From assembly GCA_008080735.1 (NCBI GenBank), contig SHMW01000029.1:1-42570 (forward strand): a stretch of 42,570 nucleotides of DNA, written 5' to 3'. A program made the translations under genes and the position numbers. Every line of letters begins with the position of its first letter. Positions within the stretch are counted from its first letter, which is position 1. The DNA comes from Promethearchaeota archaeon. GTDB taxonomy: Archaea; Asgardarchaeota; Lokiarchaeia; Sigyniarchaeales; SOKP01. The notes below the pieces were generated by a model that saw only the letters and a program-made list of their open reading frames with translations, was not told the origin of the DNA and did no database searches. This document shows, piece after piece, positions 1 through 8,691 of the stretch.

Positions 1-119
1 ACTTTAATATCATTATCAAAATTTAACGTTTCTAAGACCGATTGAATGAAGAAAGCATCATTCGATTCCTCTCCAAAATATTCCAGAAATTTAGTTAATA
101 AATGCTCTTTAGATGACAT
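1..119 (-). CDS. 5' part of a hypothetical protein running off the left edge (MSSKEHLLTKFLEYFGEESNDAFFIQSVLETLNFDNDIK...)
   Basis: Reverse-strand ATG at 119-117 with an open frame to base 1; divergent from the hdrA-like operon; not in the ORF track. Confidence 0.6.
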   Translation of the reverse strand, partial: MSSKEHLLTKFLEYFGEESNDAFFIQSVLETLNFDNDIK

Positions 120-258
120 AACCCTTATGAAGTTGTAATGAAGATCTCATTAAATTCGCAAAAATACGAATGTTCAAAAGTTTTATATTTAATTATTATC
201 GTATTTCTAAAAAGATTTTTATTTTTTTTTCAATACATGACTTTTGGAAATACAACAT

Positions 259-297
259 TGTGCGACTAATCTCATACATCAGATGATCAGTCTCACA
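259..297. promoter_or_regulatory. Imperfect inverted repeat TGTGCGACTAATC-N13-GATCAGTCTCACA (possible operator)
   Basis: 13-bp arms (259-271 and 285-297) with 2 mismatches in the divergent intergenic region, just upstream of a TATA-like TTTATAT at 304-310. Confidence 0.4.
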
Positions 298-341
298 CAT
301 AAGTTTATATTTTTCCAAAACATATTTATCATGTTGATTAA

Positions 342-382
342 TTGACTTGTCAAGAAAATATTATTTCAATTTTTCTTGTCAA
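342..382. promoter_or_regulatory. Palindrome TTGAC-TT-GTCAA, direct repeat CTTGTCAA and inverted repeat CAAGAAAA/TTTTCTTG (possible operator of the wHTH-HdrA operon)
   Basis: TTGACttGTCAA at 342-353; CTTGTCAA at 346-353 and 375-382; CAAGAAAA at 351-358 pairs with TTTTCTTG at 371-378; downstream of TATA-like boxes at 304-310 and 323-329. Confidence 0.4.
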
Positions 383-411
383 AAAATATCTATAATAAGA
401 GTTGAGATAAA

Positions 412-2958
412 ACGGACGTCTATTCCATATTATCGCATGATTTTAGAAGGAAAATTCTCCAACTTCTTGAAAACGAGGGTTATATAAGTTATACTGATTT
501 AATGGAGAAAATGGGTCTTGATACTACAGGTCAGCTCAATTTTCACCTAAAAAAATTGGGCTCCTTGGTGGATAAGGATAGCAAATCATATTATTTAACA
601 GAAGACGGAAAACGCGTTCTTAAAATCCTTAATCTAAATAAACGTATTTTGGCTGGAGAGGATATCGATGAATATTTTGATACTAAAGGCTCTGATATTA
701 ATAGGGTAGGTGTAATTATTTGTAATTGTAATACTGAAATTTCAAATGTTGTCAATATTAATTCCTTAGAATCATATATAGGTAAAATTAAAAATGTAGT
801 TTCAGTTAAGATCTTTGCGAACTTATGTCAACAAAAAAATTATTCTCAGATTTCTCGTTGGGTCAAAGAGAATTTTATTAATAAAATTGTAATAGCTGCA
901 TGTTCACCTAAAACCCACCAACCTCTTTTTGAAAAAATCTTTCATGATGTAATCGAATCATCTAATATAGAAATAGCCAATATTCGGGAACAATGTGCAT
1001 GGGTACATCCATCAAACAACACACAAATCGATCCCCTACTTACATTAGAAAAAGCAAAATTATTAATAGAAGCAGCTGTCAAGCGAGTATCTCTACAAAA
1101 AAGTATTAAAGTAAAAAGAGTTGAAGTTGAAAAGAGTTGTGCTGTTATTGGTGGTGGGATTGGTGGAATGACGACCGCTCTTAATTTAGCCCGGTCGGGA
1201 ATCAAGGTGTATTTGATTGAAAAATCTCCTACACTGGGAGGAAAAGTTGCTCGTTGGGACAGAATTTATAATATGGGGGATTGTTCTATATGTTTCATTT
1301 CCGAATTGATCGCGGAGCTTTCCCGTGAAAAGAATATTGAAATACTTACTAATACAGAGGTGACTGATGTATCAGGGGAGGTGGGAAATTTCACTATTGA
1401 ATTAATTAAACAACCGCGATACGTTGATGCTGAAAAGTGTACTGGATGTAAGCAGTGTTTAGAGGTTTGTAGTGTAGAAAAACCAAATCAATACGAATTC
1501 GGATTATCTCCTCGAAAACTTATTTATATACCATTTATTCATTCTTATCCCTATGCACCGACAATCGACCAAGAACATATAAATAAATGTTTAGAATGTA
1601 GAATTTGTGAGAGAGCGTGTGTTAATAATGCCATCGATTTGACAGAAAAGCCAGAGAAAATGCGCATTAAGGTCGGAGCAAAAGTAATCGCGATTGGTGC
1701 TGATCTTACTGATGATCTCAAAGAATATAATTATAATCCACAGAATGATATTATTACTTCTGCAGAGTTTGAAAGAATTCTCTCTTCCGATGGGATAACA
1801 GAGGGAAAATTATTGCGATTATCTGATAAGACGTCTCCGAAAAGCGTCTCAATTATTCAAGATGTAGGACCTTCTGAGTATGAAAACGAATTTAGTGATA
1901 TTATTGCATTGAAATATCTAAACGATATAAAACTCAAAGATCCAGAGTGTGAGGTAAATGTATTTTGCAATCTGAAGCGATATCGAAAAGATCAACAATC
2001 CATGTTAAAGTCAATTGATAGACGATTTTTATATGCAAATGAGATCGAAATAGAACCGAGAGGAGATGGAAACGTAATTATTGCAGATTCAGTGGAATTT
2101 CCTTCAGATTTGATAGTGCTTAACGTTAATCTAGTTCCTAACGAGGATTTGAAAAAATTACGCAAAATTATGGATTTTACTCTGAATGATTATGGATTTA
2201 TGAGTGAGGAGACTTTAGCATCTGGTATATATGGTGTGGGTTCTATTTTTGGCCCCTTAAGCTATCAATCCACAATTGACACAGCGAATAGTGTGGCCCT
2301 TAAAGTGATATCTGTTCTCTCTCAGGATTATCTTATGGCGGAATTTAGCGGAATAGAAGTCGATGAAGATAAATGCGGTTTGTGTGGGCTCTGTGTTAGC
2401 TCTTGTCCATATAATGCTCTTATATTGGAAAATACGAAAATTAGCATAGATAAATTTAAATGTAAAGGATGTGGTGTCTGCGTAAGTGTATGTCCGACTG
2501 ACGCAATTGAAATGAATATCGACAGCTCTGAGAAAATAAACACTACTTTAGAAACCCTATCTAAATTTGATAATGGTCCTAAAATAGTTGCCTTCTGCTG
2601 TAACTCTTGTGGGTACGCAGCCGCAGATGATGCAGGGCTGAAAAGAATACCTTATAAACCCAATGTATTTATAATTAAGGTACCATGTACTGGAAGAGTA
2701 GACGCAAGCTTCATTATTAAAGCATTTGAGTTAGGATTTGATGGAGTAATGGTAGTTGGTTGTAGAAAAGATGCGTGTAGATATATAGATGGTATCCAAA
2801 AAGTAGAAAAAAAAATAGATCTATTAGAAATAAATTTAGGAAAGAAGTATTCCGACCGCGTAATTTTAAAACATATGAACGCGGTGGAAGGGAATAAATT
2901 CGCCGCAAGTATTAATGAATTTTATAAAAAATTAGATGAGGCGGTTCTCATTGAGTAA
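412..2958 (+). CDS. hdrA: Winged-HTH (ArsR-like) / HdrA-like FAD-FeS protein / MvhD (FlpD) triple fusion
   Basis: Frame open from 406 gives DVYSILSHDFRRKILQLL...ISYTDLMEKMGLDTTGQLNFHLKKL...YYLTEDGK (wHTH). HdrA N-domain: RVGVIICNC, AACSP, NIREQCAWVH. FAD motif VIGGGIGG. Four CxxCxxCxxxC ferredoxin motifs. MvhD motifs CCNSCGY, PCTGRVD, GCRKDACRY. First ATG is at 502; ACG at 412 is proposed as the start. Confidence 0.88.
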   Translation, partial: TDVYSILSHDFRRKILQLLENEGYISYTDLMEKMGLDTTGQLNFHLKKLGSLVDKDSKSYYLTEDGKRVLKILNLNKRILAGEDIDEYFDTKGSDINRVGVIICNCNTEISNVVNINSLESYIGKIKNVVSVKIFANLCQQKNYSQISRWVKENFINKIVIAACSPKTHQPLFEKIFHDVIESSNIEIANIREQCAWVHPSNNTQIDPLLTLEKAKLLIEAAVKRVSLQKSIKVKRVEVEKSCAVIGGGIGGMTTALNLARSGIKVYLIEKSPTLGGKVARWDRIYNMGDCSICFISELIAELSREKNIEILTNTEVTDVSGEVGNFTIELIKQPRYVDAEKCTGCKQCLEVCSVEKPNQYEFGLSPRKLIYIPFIHSYPYAPTIDQEHINKCLECRICERACVNNAIDLTEKPEKMRIKVGAKVIAIGADLTDDLKEYNYNPQNDIITSAEFERILSSDGITEGKLLRLSDKTSPKSVSIIQDVGPSEYENEFSDIIALKYLNDIKLKDPECEVNVFCNLKRYRKDQQSMLKSIDRRFLYANEIEIEPRGDGNVIIADSVEFPSDLIVLNVNLVPNEDLKKLRKIMDFTLNDYGFMSEETLASGIYGVGSIFGPLSYQSTIDTANSVALKVISVLSQDYLMAEFSGIEVDEDKCGLCGLCVSSCPYNALILENTKISIDKFKCKGCGVCVSVCPTDAIEMNIDSSEKINTTLETLSKFDNGPKIVAFCCNSCGYAAADDAGLKRIPYKPNVFIIKVPCTGRVDASFIIKAFELGFDGVMVVGCRKDACRYIDGIQKVEKKIDLLEINLGKKYSDRVILKHMNAVEGNKFAASINEFYKKLDEAVLIE

Positions 2959-3715
2959 GCTTAAGTTTTCTATTTCCACCTTAACTTCTTGTAGTGGGTG
3001 TGTGGCATCCCTTATGGCTCTTGATGTATTTCCACAATTTTTAGAACGTACAGAACTTATTTATTTTCCCTTTATGACTGATAGTGAAGAAATTGTAGAA
3101 CATGACATCGCTTTAGTAGAAGGGTGTGTATCAAATCCAAATGATATAGAATTACTCAAAAAAATTAGGACCAATTCTGTTAAGGTCTACGCCTTAGGTT
3201 CTTGTGCTGCATTTGGAGGGATTCTCAGTCTTTCCAACAAAAAGAACGCGGAACCTATAGCAAATTATATAGAAATCGACGGTATGATACCTGGTTGTCC
3301 CCCGGCAGAGAAATTTCTAGGAAATCTACTTATTAGATTAATAGAGAATAAAGAAATTACACTGTCCGAGAAAAATTTATGTGCAACTTGTCCGTTAAGA
3401 GAGACTATGAATCTTTTTAGAACTCCAAAGAGTATCGATACTATCTATTCTAATCCATATGAGTTTTTAGAAAAAAAAGAAGATAGAACGTGTTTTTTAA
3501 ATAGAGGAATTCTGTGTTTGGGGCCAATCACGAGAGATGGATGCGAGCAAAAATGCATTGAAAAGGGAATTCCATGCGAAGGGTGTATGGGCCCGATTTC
3601 TAAAGATTTTACATCAAATGTTGTGAATTTTTTAGGTTTATTTGAAGTATCTGAGAAATTTAAGAAATATAAAGGAATTTATTATCGGTTTTCGAAACCG
3701 CAATTAGAAAAATAA
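2951..3715 (+). CDS. mvhG: Group 3 [NiFe]-hydrogenase small subunit (MvhG-like)
   Basis: CSGC, EG, GSCAAFGG and PGCPP proximal-cluster motifs; C-terminal CATCP...CFL...CLGP...GC...C...PCEGCMGP. TTG at 2951 follows GAGGCGG and overlaps the hdrA stop (ORF track start 2936). Confidence 0.88.
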   Translation: MSKLKFSISTLTSCSGCVASLMALDVFPQFLERTELIYFPFMTDSEEIVEHDIALVEGCVSNPNDIELLKKIRTNSVKVYALGSCAAFGGILSLSNKKNAEPIANYIEIDGMIPGCPPAEKFLGNLLIRLIENKEITLSEKNLCATCPLRETMNLFRTPKSIDTIYSNPYEFLEKKEDRTCFLNRGILCLGPITRDGCEQKCIEKGIPCEGCMGPISKDFTSNVVNFLGLFEVSEKFKKYKGIYYRFSKPQLEK

Positions 3716-3724
3716 GGTGAAATT

Positions 3725-5023
3725 ATGCAAAAAGTTGTTGAGCTATGTAAAAGAGTTGAGGGTCATGGAAAAATAGATATTTACCTTCAAAATGATATCA
3801 TTTCCGAGATTAATTTCGATTTGGCAGCTTACAGAGGGTTTGAAAGTATTTTAAAGAACAAAGACCTACTTGATATTCCGAGAATTGCATCGAGGATATG
3901 CGGTTTGTGTCATGCTTCTCAATCTATTGCTAGTTGTAAGGCTATTGAATCTATTTTCGGGGTACGACCAACAGAGAAATCAATCTTATTAAGACGCTTG
4001 CTAATGATTGGTGAACTCATCAAATCCCATTCAATGCATTTTTTCTTTCAAGCTTTCCCAGATTTATTATATTTATTTGGATATAAGACTAAACCACCTC
4101 AACCAAATGAACTAATACAATTTGACGCTGACTTGACAACAAAATTTTATGAGTTGATTAAAATAGGGAATGATATTGACAGATTATTTGGTGGCAGATC
4201 TATTCATTTAGTAACAACTATTCCGGGATCGACTATCCATAGCAAGACCTTAAAAAATATCAAAATTTCATCCAAATATTTACAGAAGGCGGAAGAGAAT
4301 CTTAATTATATTATAGATCGATTTATAAAATTATTTTCAAAATTTTCTCCTCCTAATTTCTTGGATCTTCACAATCCAATTTATATGAGTCTCAATAATA
4401 ACGAAAGTTATGATAGATATGATGGGAATTTAAAAATGGATTATGGAGATAATAAAATAGTTAAATTCTTTGTCGAAAATTATTTGACATATTTCGATAA
4501 GGATCCAGAATTGCGAGGTATTAATTTTCGCAATGATGAGAGGGTAATTGTGGGACCAATCGCACGTTATAATAATACTAAGAATTTTGTTCAAGAAAAG
4601 TATAGATCCGGAATTAATAAGTTCGACAACACTTGGATCCACAATGGATTATTTTCCAATTTTTTAAGACTTTTAGAGATGGCTCATGAGGTCGAAAGAG
4701 CACTTGATATTATGAACGATCCAATATTGAAAAAACAAGAGGATTATGAGATCCCTAAAAATATTCAAAAAAAGGATGGAATTGGTATAGTTGAGGCTCC
4801 ACGAGGTATTCTGCTCCATCATTATCACTTGGATAAGAATGATAATGTAGATAAAGTCAAACTCTTCATCGCGACCGAAATCAATATTCCCTCTATAAAT
4901 AAAATACTCATGGACTTCTCAAAGGAACTATATAATAAAACTGGGGATATAAATTTAATAAAAGAGAAAGCTCAGATAATTATCAGGTCATTTGATCCAT
5001 GTATTGCCTGCGCTTCACATTAA
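3725..5023 (+). CDS. mvhA: Group 3 [NiFe]-hydrogenase large subunit (MvhA-like), no C-terminal extension
   Basis: RVEGHG; L1 motif RICGLC; HFFFQAFPD; EAPRG; L2 motif DPCIACASH immediately followed by the stop; GGTGA ribosome-binding site at 3716-3720. Confidence 0.92.
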   Translation: MQKVVELCKRVEGHGKIDIYLQNDIISEINFDLAAYRGFESILKNKDLLDIPRIASRICGLCHASQSIASCKAIESIFGVRPTEKSILLRRLLMIGELIKSHSMHFFFQAFPDLLYLFGYKTKPPQPNELIQFDADLTTKFYELIKIGNDIDRLFGGRSIHLVTTIPGSTIHSKTLKNIKISSKYLQKAEENLNYIIDRFIKLFSKFSPPNFLDLHNPIYMSLNNNESYDRYDGNLKMDYGDNKIVKFFVENYLTYFDKDPELRGINFRNDERVIVGPIARYNNTKNFVQEKYRSGINKFDNTWIHNGLFSNFLRLLEMAHEVERALDIMNDPILKKQEDYEIPKNIQKKDGIGIVEAPRGILLHHYHLDKNDNVDKVKLFIATEINIPSINKILMDFSKELYNKTGDINLIKEKAQIIIRSFDPCIACASH

Positions 5024-5029
5024 TATAGA

Positions 5030-5038
5030 TTTTTTTTT
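5030..5038 (+). terminator. Oligo-T archaeal terminator candidate
   Basis: T9 run 7 nt after the mvhA stop. Confidence 0.35.
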
Positions 5039-5119
5039 ATTCCCTCCTTATACACCAACCTTTAATTTTAATCTAATATTAAATGTTCTTAAAATTTTTG
5101 AGACAGTGGTGAAAAAAAA

Positions 5120-6181
5120 ATTCTGAAATTTTTAGTATCATTATTGGATTTTATTATTGTCTCATTTATGATATATCATATAATTAGGTCATGGAATGAG
5201 AAAAATAATACATACTTTAAGATTAATGAAATAATGTATTGTATTCTCACGCTTGCTTTTGCATTTTATTATCCATTTTTTATCACCCATTTTGGGAATG
5301 CTCATCCCGGAATTTTTTATCCTTCGGCTTCTGCTGATTTTATACTCTTAGGAAATCTGTTTATAGTGGGTATGATTTTTCTCATGCTCATTTGGGCTCT
5401 CTCTGCCAAGATACGGACGATCAAAAATCCCCGCTTATTAGAGACTCGGAACAATTATGAAGTCTTCAAAGAACGATTTTTAGAAGAATACTCAAAAAGA
5501 AACAAACTGAAAAGAAAATGTTTTCATACTATTCCGTTTGGAGTAGTGGGAACTGTCGTAATAATTTACTTTTTGTTCTCTCCACTATTAGGAACTCGAT
5601 GGTTTGATTATGCTCGATTTACAATTGTAGTTTTGGGAGTAGATTTTGCCTTTACTTTTATTTTGGGTGATTTGATTCGACTATTAGATTTTAGTTATAT
5701 GCCTCCAATTCCCGCAAAATTATTTCAAAAAGCAATGACTGATGCGGAATTGGATACATTTACTAGTACAAGTGTTATGGTTTTTGGCTTTGGTCCTTTT
5801 CTATTTTTTGATTTTTCAATTTTTTTAATTGTGCTTTTAATCGCTGCTGTGGCCGATGCGTGCGCATCTATGTCAGGATTACTGGCTAAAAATAAGCACC
5901 ACTTCCCTCCAAATACGGATAAAACTATAGAGGGCTATATCGGGGGTGTTGTTTTTACATTCTTATGTACGATTTTTGGCGTTTTCTTTGCCAGTATGTT
6001 TGGATTATCAGTTTGGTCTATTGAAGTTATCTTACTGGTTGCCATAGTTCTTTCGATCACATTCTTCATTATTGATCTTATCACCAGTAAGGTTAAGATT
6101 CAAGATAATTATCTCAATCCATTAATTTGTGGTGCTGTGTTACTTATAACTCTAACACTCTTAGGAGTACCTCTCTTTTAG
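5120..6181 (+). CDS. CTP-dependent polyprenol/phytol/diacylglycerol kinase-like membrane protein
   Basis: RKCFH, DACASMSG, KTIEGYIGG and DNYLNP motifs; many TM helices. ORF track start is TTG 5144; in-frame ATT at 5120 follows GGTGA. Confidence 0.75.
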   Translation: MLKFLVSLLDFIIVSFMIYHIIRSWNEKNNTYFKINEIMYCILTLAFAFYYPFFITHFGNAHPGIFYPSASADFILLGNLFIVGMIFLMLIWALSAKIRTIKNPRLLETRNNYEVFKERFLEEYSKRNKLKRKCFHTIPFGVVGTVVIIYFLFSPLLGTRWFDYARFTIVVLGVDFAFTFILGDLIRLLDFSYMPPIPAKLFQKAMTDAELDTFTSTSVMVFGFGPFLFFDFSIFLIVLLIAAVADACASMSGLLAKNKHHFPPNTDKTIEGYIGGVVFTFLCTIFGVFFASMFGLSVWSIEVILLVAIVLSITFFIIDLITSKVKIQDNYLNPLICGAVLLITLTLLGVPLF

Positions 6182-6239
6182 AAAAGAATGAGTCTTATTT
6201 ATTTGAGGGTAGTTATCTTTCAAAAAAGTAAATAGAATT

Positions 6240-7943
6240 TTAGAAAATATCAAAAATAGAATCTTTTTCAATTAGATCCGCATCTTTTAAGATTTCTCTA
6301 TGGTCAAATGCTAGCGGAATTTTCACTAATTCTTCTGTAGGGATAAATTCTGCTGATAATGCATCCGTTTTTCCCTTGAGTTGATAATCGCCATCTTTTA
6401 TTTTGCATAAAAAAGCCGTTGAATGCACTTTTCCTCTCGGATCTCTGTCAGGATCATCATAATATCCAATTTTCTTTATAATCGAGACATCTAAATTTGT
6501 TTCCTCTTTTACTTCTCGTTTTACCGCATGTTCAAGGGATTCTTTTTTCTGAACATATCCTCCAGGTAAGGCATAATGATTTTGAAAGGGAGGGAAACGA
6601 CGTTTTACCAGAATAATTTTATCCTCCTCTTCATTTAATATAACCGCGTCCACAGTATATTTAATGGCTCCCCGTTTCACTTTAAATTTCACAAACGTAT
6701 AGTATATGACCGCCATTATTAGAATTGAACTAATTATAATAGCTACCACACTATTTAAGAAGATGGCTTGGAAATCCTCGGCATTTAGGCTCAAAGCAAT
6801 CATTGCAAGCTCCACTAAATCTGCGAGAATTCCGGCTCCTAAGAGGAAGTTTAATATGTTCAAAGCTTTTTCAGTTTCTTCCTGATCCTCCTGTACTCGC
6901 TTTTGATGGATTTCGTTCATGGTATTGTATAATAGATCAAACTTTTGATTCATCCTCCCCTTTATGCTATCCAATTCAAATTTGTCGATTAAATGGGTTA
7001 GCACGCTTGTATAATGCTGCCTTCGGTTATAATCTAATTCATTATAAATTATACTCAGCGCATTCTGAAGGATTCCTCTTAAGAATCGTAGATTATTGAT
7101 CTTTTCTTCTAATTTTTCTGTATCAATCCTACCCTCGGAATAGGTGTTTAAAAATAAGATGTCCAAAGAACTATTTATTTCTCTCAGACAAAAAATAATG
7201 GTTCTAATTTGAGCGGCAGGTGTGACAACATATGGCTTCATATATGGCTCAAAAAAGTTTTTATAATTATCTTCTGCCATATACACGAATCCACTATTTC
7301 TATTTATAAAATGCAGCTCGGAGAGTCGATTTGACAAATTATTTTGTATACGATTTTCATATAAGCTGGGAGAATAATCTTCCCACTGACCGGAATAAAG
7401 CACTGTCCAATAAGAAAGATCTTTTTTATAGGTTTCTATAGCTTCTTGGTCCCATTTAATTTTTGGTGGATCCGTCTTATTGGATGTTGCAAAGATATAA
7501 ATTGGACTTTCTAAATCAATTAGGACCTCTTCGGTCATAAATTGTGCTTTATCTTTCAACTCCCGTAATATTATATGAGGTATTTGTTGTATAAGTATCG
7601 GTTTAATCGTTTTCTTTTTTTCTGGATTATCGTTATAATATTCGATTTGAAATTCAAAATAGCCTAAAACATCATAAAATTTATCGGTATTTTCCTTATA
7701 ATAAGGAAATATGGAGATATAATCAACCCAATTGCAGACAATAGAAACATTTTGAGCCATATCAACTAAATTGTTTGCTAATTGTTTAAGATAGGCATCT
7801 TTTTCCGAAATTTTTGAGACTCTTTCTTTCACTATCTTTTCGATACGTTCAGCTATCTCATCCCGATCACATTTATTACTATTTATGAATGCTGAGATAA
7901 ACCAAAACTCTTCATTATAAAAGAAATCTAAGTTTTTTTCCAT
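6240..7943 (-). CDS. Fusion: CorA-like soluble domain, 2 TM helices and C-terminal Nudix hydrolase (ADP-ribose pyrophosphatase type)
   Basis: Nudix box GGYVQKKESLEHAVKREVKEETNL, DPDRDPRG and LAFDH; two hydrophobic helices before it; a long helical stalk upstream. The CorA resemblance is inferred. Confidence 0.75.
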   Translation of the reverse strand: MEKNLDFFYNEEFWFISAFINSNKCDRDEIAERIEKIVKERVSKISEKDAYLKQLANNLVDMAQNVSIVCNWVDYISIFPYYKENTDKFYDVLGYFEFQIEYYNDNPEKKKTIKPILIQQIPHIILRELKDKAQFMTEEVLIDLESPIYIFATSNKTDPPKIKWDQEAIETYKKDLSYWTVLYSGQWEDYSPSLYENRIQNNLSNRLSELHFINRNSGFVYMAEDNYKNFFEPYMKPYVVTPAAQIRTIIFCLREINSSLDILFLNTYSEGRIDTEKLEEKINNLRFLRGILQNALSIIYNELDYNRRQHYTSVLTHLIDKFELDSIKGRMNQKFDLLYNTMNEIHQKRVQEDQEETEKALNILNFLLGAGILADLVELAMIALSLNAEDFQAIFLNSVVAIIISSILIMAVIYYTFVKFKVKRGAIKYTVDAVILNEEEDKIILVKRRFPPFQNHYALPGGYVQKKESLEHAVKREVKEETNLDVSIIKKIGYYDDPDRDPRGKVHSTAFLCKIKDGDYQLKGKTDALSAEFIPTEELVKIPLAFDHREILKDADLIEKDSIFDIF

Positions 7944-8132
7944 TGTTAATAACTCTTACTTTTATGAACTACTTAATGCTGTACTGGAATATAAAATTTA
8001 TTAACTTTTTAAAAATAAGGGATTTAATTAAAGATGTTGGGTATTTCTGTATGAGATATTTATCCTCATAGAATCTTTGGAGATTTTGATTGAATAATTT
8101 CCATAATTGAAATAATGGAAAAGAAGAATTAA

Positions 8133-8513
8133 TTAATAATTAAAATTCTGGTTTCTAAGTTTTGAAATTAAGTGTCCCCTGCTTAATAATTGAATTCCAA
8201 ACTGTTCACTATAATCTTTTGAGAAATCAGTCGTTATATTACATACCATTATACCCCCAGCGATTTCTCGAATATCCGTACATGCTTTATGTAATTGTCT
8301 TAATTGGGTAATTGATATCTCTCTTTTCCAATCCCTAATAAATACCCCAAATTTTTCTGAATGTTCATTTTCAATAATCGCATCGAAATCCCATTTTTTC
8401 CCACTTTCTCCTTTTAGCTCTTCTGGTTTTTCGATAAAATGATATCTTCGTGAGAAAACGACCTTTGTTAATTCATATAAATTTCTGTCGATGAGAGACA
8501 TTAAATTTTTCAC
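8133..8513 (-). CDS. Stand-alone Mrr-type restriction-endonuclease-fold protein, probably inactive
   Basis: GESGKKWDFDAII...FGVFIRDWKREISITQLRQL...GGIMVC...FGIQLL matches the Mrr_cat layout; ExK is replaced. Confidence 0.6.
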   Translation of the reverse strand: MKNLMSLIDRNLYELTKVVFSRRYHFIEKPEELKGESGKKWDFDAIIENEHSEKFGVFIRDWKREISITQLRQLHKACTDIREIAGGIMVCNITTDFSKDYSEQFGIQLLSRGHLISKLRNQNFNY

Positions 8514-8691
8514 AAATGTTTAGTTTAATTTGCTATTATCGTGTATTATATAAATACTATTTACATAATCATCTATATATTTCTTAAGGATTTGTAATAC
8601 GAGGAAGATATTGGGTTTTATTAATGATAACTCTTGGAATTTGTCCTTTTTTCCAACCGACAAAAAATTTTCTTTCCTTTTATTCAAATGA

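Noticed and set aside
403-405. In-frame TGA upstream of hdrA as a possible selenocysteine codon
   Set aside because: It is not at a Cys-motif position; the upstream frame looks like promoter DNA; HdrA, MvhD and MvhA motifs here use Cys; no SECIS was recognised.
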